Below the pieces are notes generated by a model, which saw nothing but the letters and a program-made list of their open reading frames with translations, was not told the origin of the DNA and did no database searches. Below are positions 10,808 to 20,988 of a stretch of 34,688 nucleotides of DNA, piece by piece. The DNA is from Novosphingobium sp. Its GTDB lineage: Bacteria; Pseudomonadota; Alphaproteobacteria; Sphingomonadales; Sphingomonadaceae. Every line of letters begins with the position of its first letter. The stretch's first letter is position 1. Where the stretch lies: positions 1-34,688 of the forward strand of contig JAYVNC010000197.1 of assembly GCA_043758655.1 (NCBI GenBank), read 5' to 3'. The translations under genes and the position numbers were made by a program.

Positions 10808-10912
10808 ATTTCCCGAAATAGCGCGTTCTGCCGCTGCTCCACCCCTGTTCGCCGCATAATCTTGGCGACTCGTTCATCGCTTGGCTTAGCACGGTGTGTT
10901 ATGAAGGGGCCA

Positions 10913-11629
10913 ATGGACCGACGCCGCATCCTGACTGGGGGTTTAGCCTTGGGCGCTGCGCTCACGCTGCCCGCGCGCGCGTTCGCAGGTGCCGCGCAGG
11001 TGGAGCCTTTGCGCAGCGAGTTCGACAAGACTTTCGGCCAGACCAGCGAGCCGCTGATCTCCGCCGAGACGGCGTCGCCGCTGCTGCCGACCTATGCCGC
11101 GCCCGATCCGGCCTATAACCGCAAGGTTCTTGGCCTTGCCCAGCGTGAGATTGAAAAGGCCGGTTCTCAGGTTTGGCGGCGGAATATTGTCGGCGTGGCC
11201 GATTTCGCCCGGCCTTCGTCGCTGCCTCGCTTTCACTTTGCCAATCTTGAAAACGGCACGATCCGCTCGTTCTACGTCGCCCATGGGCGCGGATCGGACC
11301 ATGAGCATGACGGCTGGCTCAAGAATTTCTCTAACGTTGTTGGCTCAGAAGCAACCTCGCGCGGGGCCTACCTTACTGCCGAATGGTATCACGGCAAATA
11401 CGGCACCTCGATCCGCCTGCTCGGGCTCGATGGCGATAACAGCACCGCGCTAGACCGCGCGATTGTCATGCACCCCGCCGCCTATGCTTCGCCGACATGG
11501 ATTGAAAAATACGGCAAACTGGGCCGCAGCGAAGGCTGCTTCGCCATGGCCCCCGATCAGTTCAACGAGGCGCTGTGGCACCTTTCGGGCGGGCGATTGT
11601 TGTTCGCTGACCGGATTGGTGAGGGTTAA
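10913..11629 (+). CDS. Murein L,D-transpeptidase catalytic-domain protein (YkuD_2) with Tat signal
   Basis: MDRRRIL Tat leader; DFARPS, VAHGRGSD, RAIVMH, LGRSEGCFA. Confidence 0.85.
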   Translation: MDRRRILTGGLALGAALTLPARAFAGAAQVEPLRSEFDKTFGQTSEPLISAETASPLLPTYAAPDPAYNRKVLGLAQREIEKAGSQVWRRNIVGVADFARPSSLPRFHFANLENGTIRSFYVAHGRGSDHEHDGWLKNFSNVVGSEATSRGAYLTAEWYHGKYGTSIRLLGLDGDNSTALDRAIVMHPAAYASPTWIEKYGKLGRSEGCFAMAPDQFNEALWHLSGGRLLFADRIGEG

Positions 11630-13050
11630 ACCCCCGGTTCAGCAATCGCTACAACCTTCTCGTCAATCATCCGCTGCCCAGTTTTAAGCGCGCGCGGGGC
11701 GGCGAAGCTGGCGACCACAACATTATCGCGCCCATAAATATCGGCGAACGGCTTGAGTAGCCCGTCGATGGATTGCGCCATGGTAAAATAGCCGATGTAA
11801 ACCGGCATCTGGCGCTTATCCATCGGCACCCGGGTGTACTTGCGCGAATCGCTAATCAAAGCCGCCTCATCAGCAGTTTTGCCGCCGCCAATCATGGCCA
11901 GCGCAATAGCCAGCGTTTTAATCCCCTCGGTGCGCACGCAGCCGTGGCTGAGCGCGCGAAAATCCTTCACAAACAGCCCCCGGCTCGGTGTGTCGTGGAG
12001 GAAAATCGCATGGGCATTGGGCATGTCGAGCTTGACGAAGCCGAGCGAATTGGCCGGACCGGGCTGCTGCACCATGGTGATCGTGCCATCGGCTGATTTG
12101 GTCATCGCATAGCCTGCTGCCTTGGCCGCGGCGACGCTGCCATATTTGGTGCCGAGCCCTTCGCCGACGACGATCGACTGCGGCACGGTCCAGGTCGGGT
12201 TGAAGATCACGCCTTGCACCAGTTCAGCAAGCTGCGGCGTTGCTGTTTTGCCCGGCTTGCCGACGATTGTGCGATAGGTGCGAACGATGCGGTCCTTGCG
12301 CACTAGCCTTAGCTGGAACTCGGGAATATTGGTCATTAGATAAAATTCGCCAAGATCGCGGCTGAACCAGCGCCAGCGGTCCATATTGGCGCGGATCGAA
12401 TCGCGCACCTTGACCGACGTTTCGGGCGTCTGCGCCAACGTTTCGCGCAGCAGGGCATAGTCAGGATATGTCGGATCAAGCGCGAACAGCGCGCCGGCAA
12501 TGTCATGATTATCTAGCGCGGCGGCCATCACCTTGTCGGTCGGATAAACATCGCGGTCTTTATCAAAGGCGAACCATTGCAGCCGCGCCTTCATTGGCGT
12601 GCGGCCATCGCGCAGATCCTCAACCAGCCAGGCAAAGCTGGTGCTCGCGGCGGTATCGAGATCGGGCCCTTCGCCCGCGACAAGTGCCGCTTCGAGCGCT
12701 TCGGGCTTGTAGTCCGCCGGGATTAGCCCTTCGTTGTCGATGGTCTTGATCACTTCCAATAAGGTGCGGGCATCGGCGGCTGGCCAGTGCATAATCGGCG
12801 CGGCGAGCGGCGTATCGCGCGGGATTGGCGGAATGATCGGCACGATTGGCGCGTCGGTGGTCGTGGCAGCCGGTGTGGCGACCACAGCGGGTACTGGTGC
12901 CGGAGTTGCTGGCTGCGCGGTCGATACCGGCGCGGACTTCATCGTTGGCGCGGGGATGGTCGGCGCGGCAGCCGCCGGGGTCACAAAAGTCGCAGCCGCA
13001 AAAGCCAGCGCCGCGCCTGAACCCATCAACCGAAACATATTCAACGACAT
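11626..13050 (-). CDS. L,D-transpeptidase (YcbB/LdtD-like)
   Basis: NMDRWRW, NIPEFQL, IVGKP, NPTWTVP, QQPGPANSLG, IFLHDTP...ALSHGCVR; signal peptide and Pro/Ala-rich linker; start could be 13056 or 13050. Confidence 0.9.
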   Translation of the reverse strand: MSLNMFRLMGSGAALAFAAATFVTPAAAAPTIPAPTMKSAPVSTAQPATPAPVPAVVATPAATTTDAPIVPIIPPIPRDTPLAAPIMHWPAADARTLLEVIKTIDNEGLIPADYKPEALEAALVAGEGPDLDTAASTSFAWLVEDLRDGRTPMKARLQWFAFDKDRDVYPTDKVMAAALDNHDIAGALFALDPTYPDYALLRETLAQTPETSVKVRDSIRANMDRWRWFSRDLGEFYLMTNIPEFQLRLVRKDRIVRTYRTIVGKPGKTATPQLAELVQGVIFNPTWTVPQSIVVGEGLGTKYGSVAAAKAAGYAMTKSADGTITMVQQPGPANSLGFVKLDMPNAHAIFLHDTPSRGLFVKDFRALSHGCVRTEGIKTLAIALAMIGGGKTADEAALISDSRKYTRVPMDKRQMPVYIGYFTMAQSIDGLLKPFADIYGRDNVVVASFAAPRALKTGQRMIDEKVVAIAEPGV

Positions 13051-13214
13051 AGTCAATATCCTGCAATATTTTCAGACACGCGGCGGCGGGTTTCGCGCGG
13101 GTGCTCTGCCCCCAATGCCCGTTTCGCCGCCGTCCATCAACCACGACGCCTTTCGCGGGGATGAATTGCCCGCTCCTGCGTGACGCGGCGCGGCGCGCAA
13201 CCTATGGTCAGGCG

Positions 13215-14096
13215 ATGGACCGCCACCACACCACACTGCCAATCGCCGCCACCGTGCTCGCCATCGCGCTGTTTTCGGTGATGGATGCGCTGATGAAGCG
13301 CGCCGGAATGGCGGGCGGGGTCTACAGCGCGATGCTGGTGCGTTCGGTATTGGCGGGATCAATCATCGCGGTGATCTGGCGCTTGCGCGGCGGGCGGGTG
13401 CCAGCGGCCAAGGTGCTGCGGCTCCACGCACTGCGCGGGGTGGTTGGCGCAGGCATGGCGACGACGTTTTTCTATGGCCTCGTGCGCACCCCGATGGCGC
13501 CGGGCATGGCGCTCAGCTTCATCGCACCTTTGATCGCGCTCTATCTGGCGGCGGTGACGCTGGGGGAGACTATCCAGCGCAAGTCCATAGTCGCCTCGCT
13601 GTTGGGGTTTGCCGGAGTCGCGGTGATCGCGGCTGAAAGGATGGGCGCTGCGGATATGCAGGGAGAGGCTGGGCGCGGGATTGCAGCGATCCTGCTCTCC
13701 GCCGTGCTTTATGCCTGGAACCTCGTGCTCCAGCGCAAACAGGCGCAGCTGGCATCGCCTGATGAAGTTGCGGTGTTTCAGAACCTGTTTGTCACGCTCA
13801 CCCTGCTCCCGTTCTTTCCCTTGCTATGGATAGCGCCGCAAGGGGCCGAGTGGGGCGATATTGCTGCCTCCGCGCTGCTCGCGACGATTTCTCTGATGCT
13901 GCTCGCCTGGGCCTATGCCCGCGCCGAAGCGCAGACGCTGGTGCCGCTTGAATACACCGCTTTTGTTTGGGCGGCGCTGATGGGCTGGCTGTGGTTTGGT
14001 GAGAGACTTTCGGCCGCGACGATCGGCGGCGTAGCGCTCATTGTCGCCGGGAGCTGGATTGGCGCGCGGCAGGCGGAGCCAAGCGTGGCGGGTTAA
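13215..14096 (+). CDS. DMT/EamA family transporter
   Basis: About 10 TM segments; FSVMDALMK, LSFIAPL, AYARAEAQTLVPLEYT, WFGE. Confidence 0.9.
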   Translation: MDRHHTTLPIAATVLAIALFSVMDALMKRAGMAGGVYSAMLVRSVLAGSIIAVIWRLRGGRVPAAKVLRLHALRGVVGAGMATTFFYGLVRTPMAPGMALSFIAPLIALYLAAVTLGETIQRKSIVASLLGFAGVAVIAAERMGAADMQGEAGRGIAAILLSAVLYAWNLVLQRKQAQLASPDEVAVFQNLFVTLTLLPFFPLLWIAPQGAEWGDIAASALLATISLMLLAWAYARAEAQTLVPLEYTAFVWAALMGWLWFGERLSAATIGGVALIVAGSWIGARQAEPSVAG

Positions 14097-14238
14097 GTAG
14101 CCAATTCGCGCGATTTCCGCGCTATCCACCCCTTGACGGCGCAGCCGCAAGCGAGCATCGGCAGCGCCGACGATTGGCTCTGCTGCACCTGCGAAAGGGT
14201 GCGTCCAGCAGGGCTCCAGCATCAGGGGAACATGCGGT

Positions 14239-16914
14239 ATGACTCAGGTCGGACAGGATACGCTCGGCACACGTTCAACGCTTTCGGTGGGGGGCAAAGA
14301 TTATGCCTATTACTCGCTGGCCAAGGCGAGCGAAAAGATCGGCGATGTCAGCCGCCTGCCGTTCTCGATGAAGGTTCTGCTCGAAAACCTGCTGCGGTTT
14401 GAAGATGGCGGCTTCACCGTTTCCACCGCTGATATTCAAGCGGTTGCCGACTGGCAGAACAACCCGCGCGAATCGTCGAACGAAATTCAATACCGTCCCG
14501 CGCGCGTGCTGCTCCAAGATTTCACCGGCGTGCCTTGCGTGGTTGATTTGGCGGCGATGCGCGATGCGATTTCAAAGCTTGGCGGCGATACCAGCAAGAT
14601 CAACCCGCTGGTCCCGGTCAATCTAGTGATCGATCACTCGGTGATGGTCGATGAATTCGGCCACGCAAAGGCCTTCGAAGAAAACGTCGAGATCGAATAC
14701 CATCGCAATATGGAGCGCTATGATTTCCTCAAATGGGGATCAAAAAGCCTTACCAATTTCTATGCGGTTCCCCCCGGCACCGGCATTTGCCACCAGGTGA
14801 ACCTTGAAAATATCGCGCAAACCGTTTGGACATCGAAGGATCAGAGCGGCGCACTGGTCGCCTATCCTGATACCTGCGTCGGCACCGACAGCCACACCAC
14901 GATGATCAACGGCCTTGGCGTACTCGGCTGGGGTGTTGGCGGGATTGAGGCGGAGGCGGCGATGCTCGGCCAGCCGGTGTCGATGCTGATCCCCGAAGTG
15001 GTCGGCTTCAAGCTGACCGGCAAGCTGATGGAAGGGATCACCGCCACCGACTTGGTGCTGACCGCCACGCAGATGCTGCGCGCCAAGGGCGTGGTTGGGC
15101 GGTTCGTCGAATATTACGGCCCCGGCCTTGCCGCGCTCAGCCTGGCTGATCGCGCAACTTTGGCCAATATGGCACCCGAATACGGCGCGACCTGCGGCTT
15201 CTTCGGCATCGATGACAAGACGCTCGAGTATTTGCGCCTGACAGGCCGCGAGGAAGACCAGATTGCGCTGGTAGAAGCCTATGCCAAGCAACAGGGCTTC
15301 TGGATCGAGCCCGACGTCGCCGATCCGATTTTCACCGACACCCTCGAACTCGATATGGGCTCGGTCGTCCCGTCGCTCGCGGGGCCAAAGCGCCCGCAGG
15401 ATAAGGTTGCGCTCACGCAGGTCGATGATGTGTTCAACAAGGACTTGATTGAAACCTATCAGAAGGCGCAAACCCGCGTCGCGGTTGAAGGTCGCGATTT
15501 TGATATTGGCGATGGCGACGTGGTGATCGCCGCGATCACATCGTGCACCAACACGTCGAATCCCGGCGTGATGGTTGCCGCCGGTCTGCTGGCGAAAAAG
15601 GCCAATGAACTGGGGCTCAAGCCCAAGCCGTGGGTCAAGACCAGCCTCGCACCGGGAAGCCAGGTTGTGACCGATTACTTCGTCAAAGCGGGCCTTCAGG
15701 AACATCTCGACGCAATTGGTTTCAACCTCGTCGGCTATGGCTGCACCACCTGCATCGGTAACTCAGGCCCACTGGCTGAGCCGATCAGCGCGGCGATAAA
15801 CGGCAATAACATCGTCGCCGCCTCGGTGATTTCGGGCAACCGCAATTTTGAAGGCCGGGTTTCGCCAGACGTGCGGGCAAACTTCCTCGCCTCGCCGCCG
15901 CTGGTGGTTGCCTATGCGCTCAAAGGCACGGTTATCGAAGATTTCGTCACCACGCCAATCGGCACCAGCACCGCAGGCAATCCGGTTTACCTCAAGGACA
16001 TCTGGCCCAGCAACGAGGAGGTGTCGGAAACCATGACAAGCTGCCTTGACCGCTCAATGTTCCGCGCCCGCTATGCTGACGTCTATAAGGGGGACAAGCA
16101 CTGGCAGGCGATCAATGTGACCGGATCAGAGACCTACCTCTGGCGCGCGGGCAGCACCTATATCGCCAATCCACCCTATTTCGATGGCATGACGATGGCA
16201 CCGGCCCCGGTGGCTGACATCATCGAGGCGATGCCGCTCGCCATCTTGGGCGACTCGATCACCACCGATCACATCAGCCCGGCGGGTAACATCAAGGTCG
16301 ATAGCCCGGCGGGCCGCTGGCTTATGGAGCATCAGGTCGCCAAGGCCGATTTCAATTCCTACGGCGCGCGGCGCGGGCATCATGATGTCATGATGCGCGG
16401 CACCTTCGCCAATATCCGCATCAAGAACGAGATGGTTCCCGGCACCGAAGGCGGCATGACGCTGTTTGAGGGCGACCTGATGGCGATTTATGACGCGGCG
16501 ATGGCGCATAAGGCTAAGGGCACGCCGCTGGTGGTGATCGGCGGCAAGGAATACGGCACCGGATCAAGCCGCGATTGGGCCGCCAAGGGCACCAAGCTGC
16601 TCGGCGTGCGCGCGGTGATTGTTGAGAGCTTTGAGCGTATTCACCGCTCCAATCTGGTCGGCATGGGCGTGCTGCCCTTGCAGTTCCCCGAAGGCGTAAA
16701 CCGCCAGACTCTGGGGCTGAGCGGCGATGATGTTTTCACGATCACCGGTGTCGCCAGCCTCGAGCCGCGTCAGGAAGTCGAAGTCGGCGTGACCCGTAAG
16801 GATGGCAGCACCTTCACCTTCAAGGCACTGTGCCGCATCGATACTGCGAATGAGGTTGAGTACTTCATGAACGGCGGGATCTTGCAGTATGTGCTGAGGA
16901 AGCTGGCTGCTTAA
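14239..16914 (+). CDS. acnA: Aconitate hydratase A
   Basis: [58 protein letters not shown]. Confidence 0.98.
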   Translation: MTQVGQDTLGTRSTLSVGGKDYAYYSLAKASEKIGDVSRLPFSMKVLLENLLRFEDGGFTVSTADIQAVADWQNNPRESSNEIQYRPARVLLQDFTGVPCVVDLAAMRDAISKLGGDTSKINPLVPVNLVIDHSVMVDEFGHAKAFEENVEIEYHRNMERYDFLKWGSKSLTNFYAVPPGTGICHQVNLENIAQTVWTSKDQSGALVAYPDTCVGTDSHTTMINGLGVLGWGVGGIEAEAAMLGQPVSMLIPEVVGFKLTGKLMEGITATDLVLTATQMLRAKGVVGRFVEYYGPGLAALSLADRATLANMAPEYGATCGFFGIDDKTLEYLRLTGREEDQIALVEAYAKQQGFWIEPDVADPIFTDTLELDMGSVVPSLAGPKRPQDKVALTQVDDVFNKDLIETYQKAQTRVAVEGRDFDIGDGDVVIAAITSCTNTSNPGVMVAAGLLAKKANELGLKPKPWVKTSLAPGSQVVTDYFVKAGLQEHLDAIGFNLVGYGCTTCIGNSGPLAEPISAAINGNNIVAASVISGNRNFEGRVSPDVRANFLASPPLVVAYALKGTVIEDFVTTPIGTSTAGNPVYLKDIWPSNEEVSETMTSCLDRSMFRARYADVYKGDKHWQAINVTGSETYLWRAGSTYIANPPYFDGMTMAPAPVADIIEAMPLAILGDSITTDHISPAGNIKVDSPAGRWLMEHQVAKADFNSYGARRGHHDVMMRGTFANIRIKNEMVPGTEGGMTLFEGDLMAIYDAAMAHKAKGTPLVVIGGKEYGTGSSRDWAAKGTKLLGVRAVIVESFERIHRSNLVGMGVLPLQFPEGVNRQTLGLSGDDVFTITGVASLEPRQEVEVGVTRKDGSTFTFKALCRIDTANEVEYFMNGGILQYVLRKLAA

Positions 16915-16931
16915 GCCAAGGCTAAGCATCA

Positions 16932-17186
16932 ATGCTGACCATCCTTATCGAAGCCTGCGGCTGGATTGGCGCCTTGCTGATCCTCGGCTCCTATATTCTC
17001 GTCTCGCTCGGAAAACTCGAAGGGCGCTCGGCTACTTTTCAGTGGCTCAATGTCGTCGGGGCCGCCGGGTTTATCGTCAATTCGGGTTGGCACGGAGCGG
17101 TGCCTTCGACTGCGCTTAATGTCGTCTGGCTCGGCGTGGGCCTCGCGACTCTGTGGAGCCTGTCGCGCCGGGCTCGCCCGCAATAG
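16932..17186 (+). CDS. Small membrane protein (CBU_0592-like)
   Basis: 84 aa, three TM segments; [12 protein letters not shown]...FQWLN..GA...PS..LN.VW pattern. Confidence 0.7.
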   Translation: MLTILIEACGWIGALLILGSYILVSLGKLEGRSATFQWLNVVGAAGFIVNSGWHGAVPSTALNVVWLGVGLATLWSLSRRARPQ

Positions 17187-17194
17187 CGGATACG

Positions 17195-17222
17195 AAAAGG
17201 GCGGCCTGATAAGGCCGCCTTC
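17195..17222 (-). terminator. Intrinsic terminator between convergent genes
   Basis: GGCGGCCT-GATA-AGGCCGCC stem, with a T-run on the minus strand downstream of the PEP-CTERM gene. Confidence 0.7.
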
Positions 17223-17233
17223 GAATGCTGCAA

Positions 17234-18337
17234 TCAGCCGCCGGACTTGATCAGCGCTTTGCGGCGACGACCGGCGAGCATTGCCGCTGCTGCGCCGAAC
17301 AGTACCAGCATTGGCGGGGCCGGAACATCGGTGCCGCTGCTGGTTCCGGTGCTGCTTCCTGAAGTGCTTCCCGAAGTGGAGCCCGAGGTCGAGCTGCTGG
17401 TCGATCCGCTGCTGCTGCCCGAAGTCGAGCCGCTGGTGCTTCCCGACGAACCGCTCGATCCGCTGGAGCCAGAGCTACCCGAACTGGAGCCGTTCGATCC
17501 GCCCGATGACGAGCTGGATGAAGACGACGACGATGACGATGAGCTTGAAGAGCTGCTGCTCGACGAACTGGCATTGTTGCCCGACGATGTGCTGACGTTT
17601 CCGCTCGAGGTGGACACGTTGCCCGAAGAGGTCGAAACGTTACCGCTCGAAGAAGATACGTTACCTGACGAACTCGAGACGTTGCCGCTCGAAGTCGAAA
17701 CATTGCCCGAGCTGGTCGATGTCGAAGTGCTGACGCCGCCGGTCGAGGTTGAAACCCCGCCGCTCGTTGTCGAAGTTGAGCTGCCACCGGTCGATGTGGA
17801 ACCGCCCGATGTCGAGGTCGATCCGCCCGAGTTGGAGCTGCCGCCAGTGGAGGTCGAACTGCCGCCCGATCCACCCGATGAAGTTGAGGTAGAGCCGGTG
17901 CTGGTCGATGAGATCACCACAGAACCGCTGCTGCCGCCGCCGCTGCCACCGAAGAAGCCGCCAAAGAAGCCGCCGCCAAAGCCCATACCGCCGCTGCCGC
18001 CGATAACCACCGTGCCACCCGATCCGCCGCCGCTAGGCATGGGCGGAAGCGGCGGATACATCGGCGCAGGCATTGGCATCATCGCCATCTGCGGCTGGGC
18101 CGTGCAACACACCGTGCGCTTGACGATCCGGCGAACGCGCTTGATCCGGCGCGGTTCGGTGCGCGCCACAAGCCGTGTGGCATGGTGCGGCTGGGTCACA
18201 GCCACGTGCCTTTCGTGCTTAATATATTGCGGGTGCGCCGTGGCAGGAGCCTCAGCCACATGCACCGCGCCGCCGCCAATAAGCGCGCCGCCCGCTGCGA
18301 AGACCGAAAGTTTGGCGATAGCCGTTCGAACCGACAT
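17234..18337 (-). CDS. Ser/Gly/Thr-rich PEP-CTERM-type sorting-signal protein
   Basis: Signal-like N-terminus MSVRTAIAKLSVFAAGGALIGG; long S/G/T low-complexity tract; C-terminal VPAPPMLVLFGAAAAMLAGRRRK. Confidence 0.85.
   Translation of the reverse strand: MSVRTAIAKLSVFAAGGALIGGGAVHVAEAPATAHPQYIKHERHVAVTQPHHATRLVARTEPRRIKRVRRIVKRTVCCTAQPQMAMMPMPAPMYPPLPPMPSGGGSGGTVVIGGSGGMGFGGGFFGGFFGGSGGGSSGSVVISSTSTGSTSTSSGGSGGSSTSTGGSSNSGGSTSTSGGSTSTGGSSTSTTSGGVSTSTGGVSTSTSTSSGNVSTSSGNVSSSSGNVSSSSGNVSTSSGNVSTSSGNVSTSSGNNASSSSSSSSSSSSSSSSSSSSSSGGSNGSSSGSSGSSGSSGSSGSTSGSTSGSSSGSTSSSTSGSTSGSTSGSSTGTSSGTDVPAPPMLVLFGAAAAMLAGRRRKALIKSGG
17567..17713 (-). repeat. Seven 21-bp coding tandem units (SSGNVS[T/S] x6 + SSGNNAS)
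   Basis: Read from the translation; 147 bp = 7 x 21; codons differ between units. Confidence 0.85.
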
Positions 18338-18586
18338 AAAAGTTCTCTCTTGTCCTGGGCTGCCTGTGTCCGGCCGGGTGGTTAAACCTGTCCGGGATTG
18401 CCCCTGTGTCTGCACCAAGGCAGCGGACGAGCCTTACGACAATGATGTTAACTCTCATTTGCGTCCCAATTTACGAAATATTCGGCACAATTATCAGGTG
18501 GGGGGTCATAGTGTCCCGGAATGGAACCGTTCGCGCGGCATTTGCGAAAGCTAAGACCAATGCCTAGTGATTGATGCTTGTGCAGA

Positions 18587-18622
18587 TGTAACTTTGAGGT
18601 TACACGTCACCTATAGGTTACT
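18587..18622. promoter_or_regulatory. Tandem palindromic operator pair upstream of the membrane protein-XRE operon
   Basis: TGTAAC-N6-GTTACA (18587-18604) followed immediately by CGTCAC-N6-GTTACT (18605-18622); 18-bp period. Confidence 0.65.
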
Positions 18623-18639
18623 TAATAGGGGATTCTTTA

Positions 18640-19083
18640 ATGACTGCGACAAGCGACAACGCTGAACTGGCTGACCGCCTTGCCCGCCGCCGTGCCCGGA
18701 TGATGCCGGTGCTCGCGCTGTTCTTGATCTTTCAGCAATTGTCCTACTTCTCCCAAGGCGATGGCACGCGGCTGGTCGATCACGTCCGTATCGGGGGCTG
18801 GGTGGCGATGAGCCTGGTTATCCTGCTGGTTCTCACCACCGGCGGTTTCTGGCTCCGCAAGCCTGAGGTGCGCATCCTCTTGGAAGACGAGGGCACCCGC
18901 GCCAATCGAGCCTCTGCGCTGCGGATTGGCTATATCTGCGCGATGCTGACGGCAATTGCCTGTTATGTCGGGCAATCCTTGTGGACATTTTCGATGGGCG
19001 AGGTGATCCATCTGATCGTCACTGCGGGACTGATATCTGCGGCACTGCGCTTTTCGGTTCTGGAGCGCCGCGCGCTTGGCTGA
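18640..19083 (+). CDS. Four-TM membrane protein coupled to an XRE regulator (DUF2178-like)
   Basis: Hydrophobic helices flanking LEDEGTRANRASALRIG; overlaps the XRE gene. Confidence 0.7.
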   Translation: MTATSDNAELADRLARRRARMMPVLALFLIFQQLSYFSQGDGTRLVDHVRIGGWVAMSLVILLVLTTGGFWLRKPEVRILLEDEGTRANRASALRIGYICAMLTAIACYVGQSLWTFSMGEVIHLIVTAGLISAALRFSVLERRALG

Positions 19084-19285
19084 TCGGCTGTTCAACACGT
19101 TGCGCCAGGCGCGCGAGACGCGGGGGTTGACCCAGGCGCAACTTGCAGAAGCGATTGGCGTCAGCCGCAAGACCGTAAACACGGTGGAGAACGGCGTGTT
19201 CGTCCCCTCCACGGTGATCGCGCTCAAGCTGGCCGCCATGCTTGGGCAACCGGTTGAAGCGTTATTCTCCCTCGTCGTCGAATAG
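19076..19285 (+). CDS. XRE-family HTH transcriptional regulator
   Basis: [36 protein letters not shown]. Confidence 0.92.
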   Translation: MADRLFNTLRQARETRGLTQAQLAEAIGVSRKTVNTVENGVFVPSTVIALKLAAMLGQPVEALFSLVVE

Positions 19286-20293
19286 CGTGCCGCTACTTCC
19301 CGTCGGCGGCGTGCGCCCCAGATGCTGCCACGCGCGATCATTGAGGCAGCGCCCGCGTGCAGTGCGGGCGATCAGGCCGAGCTGGATGAGGTAGGGCTCG
19401 ATCACCTCCTCCACCGTATCGCGTGGTTCACTAAGGCCAGCGGCGAGCGTTTCAACCCCCACCGGGCCGCCTTTATAGATATCGGCGATCATCGTCAGAT
19501 AGCGCCGGTCCATTGCATCGAGCCCGAGCGCATCGACCTCAAGCCGGGTCAGCGCATTGTCAGCAATTGCGCGGGTCACGGTGTGATCGCCCTCAACATG
19601 GGCGAAATCGCGCACCCGCCGCATCAGCCGTCCGGCCACACGCGGTGTGCCGCGCGCTCGCCGGGCAATCTCGCGCGCGCCTTCGGGTTCAATTGCCATG
19701 CCGAGCAGCCCCGCCCCGCGCGTCACCACGCTTTCAAGCTCGGCCACGGTATAGAAATTGAGCCGCACCGGAATGCCGAACCGGTCACGCAGCGGCGTGG
19801 TCAGCAGTCCGGCGCGCGTTGTCGCGCCGATAAGCGTGAAGGCGGGCAGATCAATCCGCACCGACCGCGCCGACGGCCCCTCACCAATAATCAGATCGAG
19901 CGCGCGGTCTTCCATCGCCGGATAGAGAATTTCCTCGACCACCGGATTGAGCCGGTGAATCTCGTCAATAAACAGGACATCGCCCTCTTCGAGATTGGTT
20001 AGCAGCGCGGCGAGATCACCCGATTTGGCGATAACCGGCCCCGATGTGGCGCGGAAACCCACCCCCAATTCCCGCGCGACGATCTGCGCCAGCGTGGTTT
20101 TGCCCAGCCCCGGCGGGCCGAAGAAAAGAACATGATCCATCGCCTCTTTGCGTGAGCGGGCGCTCTCGATGAAGACGCGCAGGTTGTCCTTGGCGGCCGC
20201 CTGCCCAACAAATTCAGCGAGCGTTTTGGGGCGCAGGGCTGCATCGTGGTCTTCCGGCGTGCGCATGGGGGTGAGGTGGGGGGAGGAGGTCAT
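19262..20293 (-). CDS. ruvB: Holliday junction branch migration helicase RuvB
   Basis: [44 protein letters not shown]. Confidence 0.98.
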   Translation of the reverse strand: MTSSPHLTPMRTPEDHDAALRPKTLAEFVGQAAAKDNLRVFIESARSRKEAMDHVLFFGPPGLGKTTLAQIVARELGVGFRATSGPVIAKSGDLAALLTNLEEGDVLFIDEIHRLNPVVEEILYPAMEDRALDLIIGEGPSARSVRIDLPAFTLIGATTRAGLLTTPLRDRFGIPVRLNFYTVAELESVVTRGAGLLGMAIEPEGAREIARRARGTPRVAGRLMRRVRDFAHVEGDHTVTRAIADNALTRLEVDALGLDAMDRRYLTMIADIYKGGPVGVETLAAGLSEPRDTVEEVIEPYLIQLGLIARTARGRCLNDRAWQHLGRTPPTGSSGTLFDDEGE

Positions 20294-20586
20294 TGTTGGA
20301 CGTGCCGGGGGACATCTTGGAAATGATGCAAAATCCGCTGAACGAACACCATGTTGCCGCTCACCCGGTAGAGAATACGATGTTTGCGATGAACCTTGCA
20401 GCGAACGTCTTTGCCATAATCAGGCCTAGCCTCGCCCGCGAACGGGACATCGGCAAGCAGCGCAAATGCTTCGTTCAACCCGCGCGTGTAGGTATCGGCG
20501 ACTTCATCACCGAAATGTTCGCCGCTGTAATCGTCGATCTGGGCCAGATCGCGCCGCGCCGTTGCGCTTAGTTTGATTTCAGCCAC
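20290..20586 (-). CDS. parE: Type II TA toxin, RelE/ParE family
   Basis: GTG start; [14 protein letters not shown]...G.EVADTY...[13 protein letters not shown]...HRILYR...VQRILH; overlaps the antitoxin stop. Confidence 0.85.
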   Translation of the reverse strand: MAEIKLSATARRDLAQIDDYSGEHFGDEVADTYTRGLNEAFALLADVPFAGEARPDYGKDVRCKVHRKHRILYRVSGNMVFVQRILHHFQDVPRHVQQ

Positions 20587-20827
20587 GCCGGGAACGGCGC
20601 TCTGCAATAATCTCTTCAATGATATCATGGGGACTGGCATCGAGATAGCCCGAAGCCTCGCCTTCCTCAACCATGGCGCGGACCCAGGCCGTGTCCTCTG
20701 TCTCGGCCCGGTCACGCCGAACCAGTTCACGCAAGTAGTCGCCCGCATCGAAAAACTTTCCCTCGGCGACGCGGGTTTCGATCCAACCTTCAAGATCGGG
20801 CGGGAGAATTTTGCTGAGTTCGGTCAT
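20579..20827 (-). CDS. parD: Type II TA antitoxin, ParD (RHH) family
   Basis: LPPDLEGWIETRVAEGKFFDAGDYLRELVRRD...VEEGEASG. Confidence 0.82.
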   Translation of the reverse strand: MTELSKILPPDLEGWIETRVAEGKFFDAGDYLRELVRRDRAETEDTAWVRAMVEEGEASGYLDASPHDIIEEIIAERRSRRG

Positions 20828-20988
20828 GGCGGGGTTATCCTCCAACTTTGGGGATGCGGCAAGGTGGTTGGTTGGGGGTGAAGATCGTGACATAACTGTC
20901 TTTCGCGCATCTCCTGACCAATGAATTCGGCGAGCAGATTCGGGCGCCGGGAGGCTTCGAGGTATTTCGTGATGCGAAGAGCGGGTCA

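Noticed and set aside
17567-17713. 21-bp periodicity as a CRISPR-like or non-coding array
   Set aside because: No spacers, and variation is mostly synonymous, so it is a coding peptide repeat
17247-18554. 435-aa acidic Pro/Glu/Asp ORF on the + strand
   Set aside because: Antisense shadow of the low-complexity PEP-CTERM gene, which has the coherent signal and sorting motifs
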